64,000 bases of DNA from Bacteroidales bacterium (GTDB lineage: Bacteria; Bacteroidota; Bacteroidia; Bacteroidales; WCHB1-69): positions 541-64,540 of the forward strand of contig JAGCVQ010000094.1 in NCBI GenBank assembly GCA_017962275.1. Reading direction: 5' to 3'. This document shows, one piece after another, positions 1-7,953 of the stretch. Every line of letters begins with the position of its first letter. The first letter of the stretch is position 1. The position numbers and the translations under genes were made by a program. Under the pieces are notes generated by a model, which was given only the letters and a program-made list of their open reading frames with translations, was not told where the DNA came from and searched no databases.

Positions 1-861
1 AGCAGAAAAATGACGACTGTATGCTGTTCCGCCCATGATGTTATTAGTACATGTATTGGATGCATCGTAAGGATCACAACCCCAACCTGCATCATGATAA
101 CACACTTGTGTAGAGGGTGCATTGCACCAAGTTTGTGTTTCCGTTCCAAACACATCCCACAAAAATTCAGGATTTGAAATATAAGGTGTTTCGCTGTCGT
201 AAGTATGGCCAAGCCCGAAATTGTGACCGAATTCATGTGCCATGTGTAAGGCTAAACCATACAAGTCATTATATTTGTGTTGTCGAACTGTTGTGACAGC
301 AGGATATTGGTAATTGTAGCCTGTTGAATACCCCCACCATGCAGCAGTAGAATCTATTGTCAAATGGTAATTGAAATGATTTAGGCGATCAGGGTAATAT
401 TGTAGAAAGTAGTCTACAAAAGGGTATGGACTGGTCTTCAATGCCATTTCTGTATTATTGTAATAAAAAACAGTATCCATTACAAATCTAACTTTCGTAT
501 CCTGAACGAACTGAGTGTTAGGAATAGATAGACTCTAAAGAACATTGTTGGAATAAATAGTATTCAGATAATCGAAAACCAATCGCAGACTGTCTCTGAA
601 AGCAGGCGTGTCCTGCCAGTAATTGCCTGTCCCGTCATCTTTTCTCCATATATTGATGTTCACAGGAATAGTGACTATCGGAGTACTATTGTTTGGGATA
701 TAGGATGAAACTAACAATCCTATATCATATATATTGGTTGGAAATACACGACTACAACCATCCCGAAAATCATAGGTCTCAATAGTTTCATGACATTCAT
801 ATTGCGCATAAGAATTACTTAATAAGGCAATTAACAGTAGTGGCAATAATATCTTTTTCAT
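1..861 (-). pseudogene. Secreted zinc metalloprotease (HExxHxxGxxH metzincin-type motif) interrupted by an in-frame TAG. The 3' end runs off the window.
   Basis: ORF 535..861 encodes the signal peptide MKKILLPLLLIALLSNSYAQ and ends at TAG 535-537. The same frame stays open from 534 to 1. My translation of it reads ...LYGLALHMAHEFGHNFGLGHTYDSE, with the motif at about 205-237. Confidence 0.6.
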
Positions 862-1895
862 AATTTAATGATTTTTTGTGTATAATATTTTTTCGATTGT
901 TCAAGGATAATTGTGTATATCCCTTTCGGAAGGAAATCAACACTTATTACTTTGTCTAACTCCAGTTCCTCATAAGTTTCGCTATAGACGCATAAGCCCA
1001 TTGTATTGAAAATCCGCACACTTATGTCTTTGTCCTCCATTTGTTGGGAGGAAATGTGTAGCCACTCCGTTGCTGGATTCGGATAAATTTTGGCAAATAA
1101 TTTTTCCACTTCCGACACTTCCCCGCCAAATCCGTTGCTGTAACAGTCATCAGGGTCTTCATCAAAGTCAAATCCAGTTTGGAGTGCGCCACCCAGGCTG
1201 TCTGTAAAACACAGAAGAATTTTGTGTCCGGCATCCGTTGTGGACAAGGCCATTTCATCATTTCCGTAAATGCTTCCTATCCCTTCTATCCAGACATGCT
1301 GTAAATTTATCGCCATGCTTGTATTGCTCAAAAAAAACTGTCTTCTCGAAGAACTGTCCGACAAATATACAAGGGAATCCCCTGCTGCGTATTGATGACT
1401 CACCAGCGAACCATCGTGTTCACCACACCAAATTTGGGCCGATTCAACGCATACTGCCTCACATTCGAAAAAGATGTGCTCCCCCAGCGTGTAAAAATGC
1501 ACTGTGTCACCCAACCGCAGGGAAAAATCAAACAACAGAACCTCTTGTGCTTCCTCGGTTTGAAACATGGCAAAGGTCATGTCTGTTTTCCTCACCCACA
1601 TTCCCGCCGGAAGGTATGCATAAACTTTCCTCCCCGCTGTATCATTACGGATGGCAGCGAAGTATTGCGCGTTATCCCAAAAGGACTCGGATGGCTGGTT
1701 ACCGACCTGCCGATAAAGCTTCAAGTAGGTCTGTCCGTCAATTACGGTGTCTCCTGCCGTCTTGTATTTCTCATCGCTCACCAACCAAATGCAACCGTCG
1801 GTGATAGGGTGATAGACGCTTTGAGCCTGGATAAACCCTGCCATAAGCAGCAGGGTTGTCGTTATCCATAAGGATGTCATTTTTTTCTTTTTCAT
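858..1895 (-). CDS. Secreted hypothetical protein with a T9SS (Por) C-terminal sorting domain
   Basis: It has the signal peptide MKKKKMTSLWITTTLLLMAGFIQAQ. The C-terminal ~80 aa (KIYPNPATEWLHIS...GIYTIILEQSKKYYTQKIIKL) looks like a T9SS CTD. Its stop overlaps the next start as ATGA at 858-861. Confidence 0.6.
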   Translation of the reverse strand: MKKKKMTSLWITTTLLLMAGFIQAQSVYHPITDGCIWLVSDEKYKTAGDTVIDGQTYLKLYRQVGNQPSESFWDNAQYFAAIRNDTAGRKVYAYLPAGMWVRKTDMTFAMFQTEEAQEVLLFDFSLRLGDTVHFYTLGEHIFFECEAVCVESAQIWCGEHDGSLVSHQYAAGDSLVYLSDSSSRRQFFLSNTSMAINLQHVWIEGIGSIYGNDEMALSTTDAGHKILLCFTDSLGGALQTGFDFDEDPDDCYSNGFGGEVSEVEKLFAKIYPNPATEWLHISSQQMEDKDISVRIFNTMGLCVYSETYEELELDKVISVDFLPKGIYTIILEQSKKYYTQKIIKL

Positions 1896-1952
1896 AATAG
1901 GGATATTTTAATGATACTAATTACATAATAACATGAATCATTCAGTATAATC

Positions 1953-2468
1953 CTAATCATTGTTGTATGCCGCCGTGCTGCTGAAGAACATCCCCGTGAA
2001 CGTGAACTGCTGCGTGACACTGTCGCGGAAGACCAACTGCGCCGGAATGTTGAGGTACGTGGCGTTCTCGGAAACCGCGTCGAGAACGGTTAACGAACGG
2101 TTCGGCATGTTGAAGAAGTCCTCCGTGGTGAGACTCCACACCGTATCTATTACCGCACTGAACGTCGCCCCCTTGGGGTTCCCACCTATGGGCCAAATCT
2201 GTATCGTAATCACGCAAGCTTCGCCGAACCCTTGGCAATCCGCGTGGCAGGGAACACCATTTTGCGTGATACAGGCGTTGCCGCATTCACTCGCATCGTG
2301 ACCTACAGCATAAGTGATTACAATAGGCTTCCCATCCTCCTTTGAGGACACAAGACCCATCGTTGCGTAATTGTCCGGCTTCGGGTCAAGGCTGACAGCG
2401 TTTTCATTCTTGTTGCAGGCCGCCATTATCATTACGGCCAATACTAATACGAATGTAATCCTTTTCAT
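1953..2468 (-). CDS. Hypothetical lipoprotein with a Cys-rich middle segment
   Basis: There is a lipobox-like LAVMIMAAC at the N-terminus. I do not recognise a family. Confidence 0.4.
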   Translation of the reverse strand: MKRITFVLVLAVMIMAACNKNENAVSLDPKPDNYATMGLVSSKEDGKPIVITYAVGHDASECGNACITQNGVPCHADCQGFGEACVITIQIWPIGGNPKGATFSAVIDTVWSLTTEDFFNMPNRSLTVLDAVSENATYLNIPAQLVFRDSVTQQFTFTGMFFSSTAAYNND

Positions 2469-2536
2469 ACTTAGGTGATTTTAAAAGTTGCAGGACAAAG
2501 ATAACTCTTTCTTACACAAGAAATCACAAAAAGTAC

Positions 2537-2685
2537 ATGTCGGAATAACTTTTTTTTTCGAGGACAAAATATGTCGGAATAAAAAGTCTTCTATTTTTTT
2601 GATAATAAGCGTATTGGAAGACGATTGGTATGACTTCGGTGTCGGAATAGATTTGGCCGTACAGAAGAGATTCATGTCGGAATAA
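2537..2685 (+). promoter_or_regulatory. Four phased 12-bp direct repeats ATGTCGGAATAA (the third is GTGTCGGAATAG)
   Basis: Copies lie at 2537-2548, 2571-2582, 2639-2650 and 2674-2685. The spacings are 34, 68 and 35 bp, all in the same orientation, upstream of the LytTR-type gene. Confidence 0.5.
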
Positions 2686-2741
2686 ACGGCCTTTTGGGGC
2701 ACAAAAATCTACCTGTTTTCGCAGGATTTCTGAAAAATTGG

Positions 2742-2749
2742 TATCTTTG
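2742..2749 (+). promoter_or_regulatory. Bacteroidota -7 promoter box TATCTTTG
   Basis: It matches TAnnTTTG and lies 10 nt before ATG 2760. Confidence 0.55.
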
Positions 2750-2759
2750 CCGCATCAAA

Positions 2760-3728
2760 ATGATAACAACAATGAACCCGTTTTTTCAAAACCACCGGAA
2801 AGGAATCACCCTTGCATTTAACCTGCTCTTTTGGCTGATCGCCTGCTTTTTCTTTGTAAGGTATTCCACACTCCGTCCAGGATGTTTCATTCATATTTAC
2901 AAAGAGTTTATCTGCTTTGGCTTTATCATTGCAGTCGTGCTTGTCACACAGCAACTTACCATTCCCCGACTATTTCAGCACGGTCGCTTTGGAGTGTTCT
3001 GGTTAGTTTCAGTTTGTTTGCTTCTTTGCGCAACCTCTTTGGAAATTCTACTGGTCACGCCTGATGTTTTAATGAATGTACGAATTCAACAGGGCGGAGC
3101 TAATTATATTTCCATGATTTTCGTTGCAGTATTGTTCCGCGACTCCTGTTTCTTCGCATGGTTCTTAGTGCTCCGGCTATATACCTTGCAAAAGGAGACG
3201 TTCAAGGCGAAACAGCGGGCGTCGGTGCTGGAGCATCAGGCGGTGCAGTTTTCCACCCCCGACCAGAGGGAGATTTCCATTCCCGTTGACACCATCGTCT
3301 ATATTCAGGAGATTGACCACACCACCCGGGTTCATTGCACAACGGATGAGGTAATCACCGTTACAGAACCGTTTTCCCACTGCAAGAAGATGATTCCCGA
3401 CACCCTGTGGACCCTTGAGAACCCAGATAAAATGGTCTTTCACCAGCATCTTTCGGAGTATGTGCAAACACTAAGCAAGCCGGAAATCCGTGAAATCAAG
3501 ACCGTCATCATGCTGAGCGACAGACAGTACCGCATTTTCAAGACCATTCGGGAAAACCCGGGATGCAACACAACGTTCCTCTATGACAGATTTCGCGGAA
3601 AAGTCGCCCAGCGCACGATTGAGCGCGATCTCGCCACCCTGCGTAGCAATGGGGTTATCTTCCACAACGGCACCAACAAAGAGGGCGGCTATGAGATTTG
3701 CCACCAAAATGTGGTGTCGATGGAGTAA
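2760..3728 (+). CDS. Membrane-anchored LytTR-like DNA-binding regulator with a C-terminal HTH-like region
   Basis: The N-terminus has several hydrophobic helices. ISIPVDTIVYIQEIDHTTRVHCTTDEVITV resembles a LytTR domain. The C-terminal RTIERDLATLRSNGVI is HTH-like. The track start at 2694 is a TTG upstream of the promoter box, so I prefer ATG 2760. Confidence 0.5.
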   Translation: MITTMNPFFQNHRKGITLAFNLLFWLIACFFFVRYSTLRPGCFIHIYKEFICFGFIIAVVLVTQQLTIPRLFQHGRFGVFWLVSVCLLLCATSLEILLVTPDVLMNVRIQQGGANYISMIFVAVLFRDSCFFAWFLVLRLYTLQKETFKAKQRASVLEHQAVQFSTPDQREISIPVDTIVYIQEIDHTTRVHCTTDEVITVTEPFSHCKKMIPDTLWTLENPDKMVFHQHLSEYVQTLSKPEIREIKTVIMLSDRQYRIFKTIRENPGCNTTFLYDRFRGKVAQRTIERDLATLRSNGVIFHNGTNKEGGYEICHQNVVSME

Positions 3729-3769
3729 CAGGCAATAGGCAACAGGCAATAGGCAACAGAGAATAGGAA
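3729..3769. repeat. 7-nt word array (acaggca/ataggca family)
   Basis: The units read acaggca ataggca acaggca ataggca acagaga ataggaa. The array starts right after the stop at 3726-3728. TAG at 3736, 3750 and 3764 falls in three different frames. Confidence 0.8.
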
Positions 3770-3782
3770 TCGGTCCCGATTC
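3767..3782. terminator. Small hairpin between convergent genes
   Basis: The sequence is GAATCGG-TC-CCGATTC. It is a weak stem with no clear U-tract. Confidence 0.25.
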
Positions 3783-3783
3783 T

Positions 3784-3818
3784 CAATTATCAATTATCAA
3801 TTATCAATTCTTAATTGG
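3784..3818. repeat. 7-nt word array (caattat family)
   Basis: The units read caattat x3, caattct, taattgg. The array overlaps the rlmN stop at 3797-3799. Confidence 0.8.
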
Positions 3819-4840
3819 TTCTTCACCAATTGCCCGCAGGCCGCGGCGATGTCCTGGCCCTTGCTTTGGCGGATGTTCACCACCATGTTGCAACGCTCCA
3901 ATATGTCGATGAAACGCTGGCGGCGAGTGGGATCCGATTTGTGGAACAACGAATCCGGGGTGGAATTGTACTCGATGATGTTGATTTTCACGGGGAACGG
4001 ACGGCAGAACTTCGCTAACTGCTCGGCCGCCTTCTCCGAATCGTTCACCTTCGACAACAACAAATACTCGATGGTGATGCGCTCCCCTGTTTTCTGGTGG
4101 TAATAGACCAACGCCGACTGCAATTCGTGCAACGGATTGCCTTCGGTCACCGGCATGATTTGGCCGCGGACGGTCGGGTCGGCACTGTGCAACGAAATGG
4201 CCAATCCGCAACGGAATCCTCTGTCCGCCAAGGCTTTGATGCCCTTGATGATGCCCGCCGTGGAGAGCGTGATCCGCGCCGGCGACAACCCGAAATAGTC
4301 CTTGCCGGTCAAGATGTCGATAGCCGTCATCATGTTGTCGAAGTTGAGCAAGGGTTCGCCCATCCCCATGAAAACGATGTTGGTAATGTGCTGGTTGTAA
4401 ATCTCTTGCGCCCGGTTGTTGAGCAGGATATATTCGTCCACGACCTCGCTGTAGTGCAGATTTCGGATAAAGCCCATGGTGCCGGTGGCGCAAAACGCGC
4501 AGTGCAACGGGCAACCGATTTGTGTGGAAAGACATGCCGTAACGCGATCTTTGCTCGGAATGAGAACGCCTTCGACCATCTTCCCATCGTGGAACTGCAA
4601 CAGGAATTTGGTGGTCTTATCCTTGCTTTGCACCTCGCCGGCGATTTCCGCCCGGTGAAACGTGAAATTCTCCTGCAATTTCGTCCGCAACGCCACGGAG
4701 AGGTCGGTCATCTCGTCAAACGAGCCCGCGCCCCGCTTCCACAGCCACGTCCAAATCTGCTTCGCCCGGAACCGCTTCTCGCCGTTTTCCTGCAAAAAAG
4801 ATTCCAATTCCGTAAAATGAATATCACGTATATCTTTCAT
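3797..4840 (-). CDS. rlmN: 23S rRNA/tRNA adenine-C2 methyltransferase RlmN (radical SAM)
   Basis: It carries CPLHCAFCATG (CxxxCxxC) and the N-terminal FRAKQIWTWLWKRG. Length is 347 aa. Confidence 0.9.
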   Translation of the reverse strand: MKDIRDIHFTELESFLQENGEKRFRAKQIWTWLWKRGAGSFDEMTDLSVALRTKLQENFTFHRAEIAGEVQSKDKTTKFLLQFHDGKMVEGVLIPSKDRVTACLSTQIGCPLHCAFCATGTMGFIRNLHYSEVVDEYILLNNRAQEIYNQHITNIVFMGMGEPLLNFDNMMTAIDILTGKDYFGLSPARITLSTAGIIKGIKALADRGFRCGLAISLHSADPTVRGQIMPVTEGNPLHELQSALVYYHQKTGERITIEYLLLSKVNDSEKAAEQLAKFCRPFPVKINIIEYNSTPDSLFHKSDPTRRQRFIDILERCNMVVNIRQSKGQDIAAACGQLVKNQLRIDN

Positions 4841-4863
4841 TACTTACTAACTTTTATCATCAT

Positions 4864-4943
4864 CCCCACATTGCGCTCCTTCGTCGCTTATGTGGGGTTA
4901 TTAGCGCTTCGCGCGTCTTGTCCCTCCGGGACTGCTCAAGGAA
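4864..4943 (+). repeat. REP-A three-hairpin element, copy 1
   Basis: The hairpins are CCCCACAT...ATGTGGGG, GCGC-TTC-GCGC and GTCCC-TCC-GGGAC, ending in ...CTCAAGGAA. It lies 23 nt upstream of the rlmN start, relative to the minus-strand gene. Confidence 0.8.
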
Positions 4944-4953
4944 TATGTTTAAT

Positions 4954-4988
4954 CACCCCGCCCTTCGGGCACCCCTCCAAAGGAGGGG
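4954..4988 (+). repeat. REP-B two-hairpin element, copy 1
   Basis: The sequence is CACCCC GCCC-TTC-GGGC A CCCCTCC-AAA-GGAGGGG. It follows REP-A copy 1 by 10 nt. Confidence 0.7.
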
Positions 4989-5047
4989 AATTTCACCGCG
5001 CCGGCACCGCAGTGCCGTAGCAAGAAATAGAATTGCAACGATTGACC

Positions 5048-5082
5048 AACTACTAACTACTAACTACTAGCTGCTAACTTCC
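5048..5082. repeat. 7-nt word array (aactact family)
   Basis: The units read aactact x3, agctgct, aacttcc. The array contains the miaB stop at 5074-5076. Confidence 0.8.
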
Positions 5083-6384
5083 CAACAGCGTCGCCGGCGT
5101 GCATTCCGTCACCGTCACATCCACATAATCCCCGATTTGGTGCTCGCCTTTCGGGAAAATAATCACCTTGTTCTGGCTGTTGCGGCCGAATAACTGGTCC
5201 TCAGAACGTTTGGAGGTGCCTTCGACCAGCACACGGAAGGTTTTGCCCACGTCGCGGCGGTTGCTTTCCATCGAAAGATCGCCTTGCAGCGCGATAACCT
5301 CTTCCAAACGGCGGGTTTTCTCCTCGTCGGGAATGTCGTCGGGATACTGCTTGGAAGCCAACGTGCCGCCGCGCTCGGAGTACTTGAACATGTAGGCGTA
5401 CTCATAACCGACCTCGCGCATAATGGACAACGTATCTTGATGGTTCTCAAGGGTTTCGCCGCAGAATCCCACAATGATGTCGGTGGTGATGGCACATTCC
5501 GGCAGCACCTCCTTGATCTTGCGCACCCGCTCCAAATAGCTCTCGCGGGTATAGACTCGGCGCATCTTCTTGAGCATCTCGTCGCTACCCGATTGCACCG
5601 GCAAATGGATGCACTTGCAGATGTTGTCGTAACGCGCAATCGTCTCGATAAGCTCGTCGGAGAGGTCCTTGGGATGCGACGTGGCGAAACGGACACGCAA
5701 TTCCGGCGACATCTCGGCCACCATCGCCATCAGTTTCGCAAAGGAGACTTCCTGATTTTCCTCTTTCCAGAAGTAGGAGTTCACATTCTGACCTAACAGC
5801 GTGACCTCTTTGTAGTTGTCTTTCAACAAATCCTCAATTTCGCCGAGGATGGTCTTGGGACTGCGGCTACGCTCGCGCCCGCGGGTGTAGGGCACCACGC
5901 AATAAGAGCAGAAGTTGTTGCAGCCGCGCATGATGGAGACAAACGCCGATACGCCGTTGGCACCGTAACGCACCGGCATGATGTTGTCGTAAGTCTCTTC
6001 CTTCGAAAGCAACACGTTGAAGGAGGTATGCCCGTGCCGCGACTCTTCGATAAGCTGCGGCAAGGAACGATAGGCGTCCGGACCGGCGATAAAATCCAAC
6101 ACTGGCTCCGTTTGCAGCAGTTCCTCCTTCATCCGTTCGGCCATGCAACCCAACAGTCCCACCTGCATTGTCCGTTTTTTGCGCTTAAACGCCTCCAATT
6201 CCTTCAAACGCTTGTGGATGCGCTGCTCGGCCTTGTCGCGGATGGAACAGGTGTTCAGGAGGATTAAATCGGCTTCCTGAATCTCTTTGGTCAGCGCGTA
6301 GTCATCCTTCAAAATGGAAGCCACCACCTCGCTGTCTGCAAAATTCATCTGACAGCCGTATGTTTCGATAAAGAGTTTCTTCAT
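5074..6384 (-). CDS. miaB: tRNA-i6A37 methylthiotransferase MiaB
   Basis: It reads MKKLFIETYGCQMNFADSE and has the radical-SAM motif CNNFCSYCVVP. The upstream 31 codons of the track ORF only translate the heptamer array, so I use the start at 6384. Confidence 0.9.
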   Translation of the reverse strand: MKKLFIETYGCQMNFADSEVVASILKDDYALTKEIQEADLILLNTCSIRDKAEQRIHKRLKELEAFKRKKRTMQVGLLGCMAERMKEELLQTEPVLDFIAGPDAYRSLPQLIEESRHGHTSFNVLLSKEETYDNIMPVRYGANGVSAFVSIMRGCNNFCSYCVVPYTRGRERSRSPKTILGEIEDLLKDNYKEVTLLGQNVNSYFWKEENQEVSFAKLMAMVAEMSPELRVRFATSHPKDLSDELIETIARYDNICKCIHLPVQSGSDEMLKKMRRVYTRESYLERVRKIKEVLPECAITTDIIVGFCGETLENHQDTLSIMREVGYEYAYMFKYSERGGTLASKQYPDDIPDEEKTRRLEEVIALQGDLSMESNRRDVGKTFRVLVEGTSKRSEDQLFGRNSQNKVIIFPKGEHQIGDYVDVTVTECTPATLLGS

Positions 6385-6397
6385 TCGCTTATTGTTT

Positions 6398-6446
6398 GAC
6401 GTGAGACGTGAGACGTGGGACGTGAGATTTGGGACTTTGAACCCCT
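6398..6446. repeat. 7-nt word array (gacgtga ... gactttg family)
   Basis: The units read gacgtga gacgtga gacgtgg gacgtga gatttgg gactttg aacccct. It lies 13 nt from the miaB start. Confidence 0.8.
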
Positions 6447-6515
6447 CATCGCGGGCTTGACCCGCGATCCCCAACATAAACGGAGGGGATGCCGGCTCAA
6501 GGCCGGCATGAGGGG
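6442..6515. repeat. Symmetric cloverleaf-like GC-rich element with twin 21-nt hairpins
   Basis: An outer pair CCCCTC (6442-47) / GAGGGG (6510-15) encloses three inner parts. These are ATCGCGGG-CTTGA-CCCGCGAT (6448-68), CCCC-N12-GGGG (6469-88) and ATGCCGGC-TCAAG-GCCGGCAT (6489-6509). The two 5-nt loops are complementary to each other. Confidence 0.6.
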
Positions 6516-6532
6516 TGGCTTATACCTTGATT

Positions 6533-7837
6533 CTATTTCTTCCTAAAGTAAATCTCCATCGGGACGCCGGCGAAATCCCAGTTCTTGCGGATCTGGTTCT
6601 CCAAGAAACGCTTGTAGGAATCGACCACATACTGAGGCAGATTGCAGAAGAACGCAAACGTGGGGTACGCCACCGGCAATTGTGTAACATATTTGATACG
6701 AATCACTTTGTCCTTGTTCATCGGGGGCGGGGTCTGCTCGATGATGGGCAGCAACGTGTTGTTGAGCTCGGAAGTGGAAATCCGGCGCTGACGGTTCTGA
6801 TAGACCTGGATAGCGGTCTCCAGCACTTTGTAGATACGCTGTTTTTCGGTCACGGAGGTGAAGATGATCGGCACATCGGTGAACGGCGCGATACGTTTCT
6901 TCAACGCCTCCTCGAAGTTCTTGTGGGTATGCGTGTCCTTCTCCACCAAATCCCACTTGTTCATCACCAGCACGATGCCTTTGTGGTTTCGGGCGCACAA
7001 TCCGAAGATATTAAGATCTTGGGAGTCAAAACCTTGGGAAGCATCGGCCATCACGATGCAAACATCGGAGTTTTCGATGGAGCGCACGGCCCGCATCACA
7101 GAGTAGAACTCCAGACTCTCTTCCACTTTGCTCTTTTTGCGCAGACCGGCCGTATCGATGAGGTAGAAGTCGAAGCCGAAACTCTTGTAGCGGGTGAAGA
7201 TGGTGTCGCGGGTAGTGCCGGCCAACGGAGTCACGATATGACGGTCTTCGCCGAGGAACGCATTGATTATCGAGGACTTGCCCACATTCGGCTTACCCAC
7301 GATAGCGATGCGCGGCAGGTCATCGGGCAGGTCGTCCTTGTCTTTGCTGAAGTGCTTCACCACCTCGTCCAAAAGCTCGCCCGTGCCGCTGCCGGAAACC
7401 GCGGAAATCGGGTAAATCTCACCGATACCGAGCGCATAGAACTCCGTGTAGTCGAAGTAGTTGCTCGGACTGTCGATCTTGTTCACCGCCAGATAATACG
7501 GCTTCTTGGACTTGCGCAGAATGTCGGCGATCTCCTCGTCTAACGGGGTCAGCCCCTCGCGACCATCGACCATAAAGACGATGACATCCGATTCCTCGAT
7601 GGCCAGCGCCGCCTGCTTGCGGATTTCCGACTCGAAAATGTCGTCGGAACCCACCACATAACCGCCGGTGTCAATCACCGAAAAATCGTAGCCGTTCCAG
7701 TCGGATTTGCCGTAATGGCGGTCGCGGGTCACGCCCGCCGTGGCATCCACAATGGCCTCCCGCGCCTGGATCAGCCGGTTGAAAAACGTCGATTTGCCCA
7801 CATTCGGCCGACCGATTAATGATAATATGTTTCCCAT
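6533..7837 (-). CDS. der: Ribosome-associated GTPase Der/EngA
   Basis: It has two GTPase domains (GRPNVGKSTFFN and GKPNVGKSSIIN) plus a KH-like C-terminus. Confidence 0.9.
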   Translation of the reverse strand: MGNILSLIGRPNVGKSTFFNRLIQAREAIVDATAGVTRDRHYGKSDWNGYDFSVIDTGGYVVGSDDIFESEIRKQAALAIEESDVIVFMVDGREGLTPLDEEIADILRKSKKPYYLAVNKIDSPSNYFDYTEFYALGIGEIYPISAVSGSGTGELLDEVVKHFSKDKDDLPDDLPRIAIVGKPNVGKSSIINAFLGEDRHIVTPLAGTTRDTIFTRYKSFGFDFYLIDTAGLRKKSKVEESLEFYSVMRAVRSIENSDVCIVMADASQGFDSQDLNIFGLCARNHKGIVLVMNKWDLVEKDTHTHKNFEEALKKRIAPFTDVPIIFTSVTEKQRIYKVLETAIQVYQNRQRRISTSELNNTLLPIIEQTPPPMNKDKVIRIKYVTQLPVAYPTFAFFCNLPQYVVDSYKRFLENQIRKNWDFAGVPMEIYFRKK

Positions 7838-7847
7838 AATAAATTAA

Positions 7848-7875
7848 TTGATAATGGATAATGGACAATGGATAA
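7848..7875. repeat. 7-nt word array (tggataa family)
   Basis: The units read ttgataa tggataa tggacaa tggataa. It lies 10 nt from the der start. Confidence 0.75.
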
Positions 7876-7896
7876 TTCCCCTACCTCAATGCCTCT

Positions 7897-7953
7897 TAAC
7901 CATGTAACCGTATAACCATGTAACCGTGTAACCCTCTAACCTTTTAACCATTA
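7897..7953. repeat. 8-nt word array (taaccgtg family)
   Basis: The units read taaccatg taaccgta taaccatg taaccgtg taaccctc taacctttt aaccatta. The array overlaps the yicC stop at 7951-53. Confidence 0.8.

Noticed and set aside
535-537. The in-frame TAG in the metalloprotease could be a sign of stop-codon reassignment or pyrrolysine-type recoding.
   Set aside because: TAG terminates several well-conserved genes at their expected ends (miaB, nfo, the kinase, the MFP and GH3). No recoding machinery is visible. A nonsense mutation or sequencing error is far more likely.
3729-3818. The word arrays could be Rho utilisation (rut) sites because they are G-poor and C-rich on one strand.
   Set aside because: The C-rich strand is not consistently the transcribed sense. 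For example, downstream of miaB and of GH3 the RNA would be G-rich. The orientation therefore does not fit a rut function.
6385-6477. N-terminal extensions in the ORF track: miaB from 6477, pepT from 23040, trkA from 53108, hipB from 32707, nfo from 25033, the LytTR gene from 2694, and 55788.
   Set aside because: The extensions translate repeat arrays, overlap the upstream gene or lie upstream of the promoter box, and some begin with TTG. Conserved N-termini begin at the internal ATG or GTG that I annotated.
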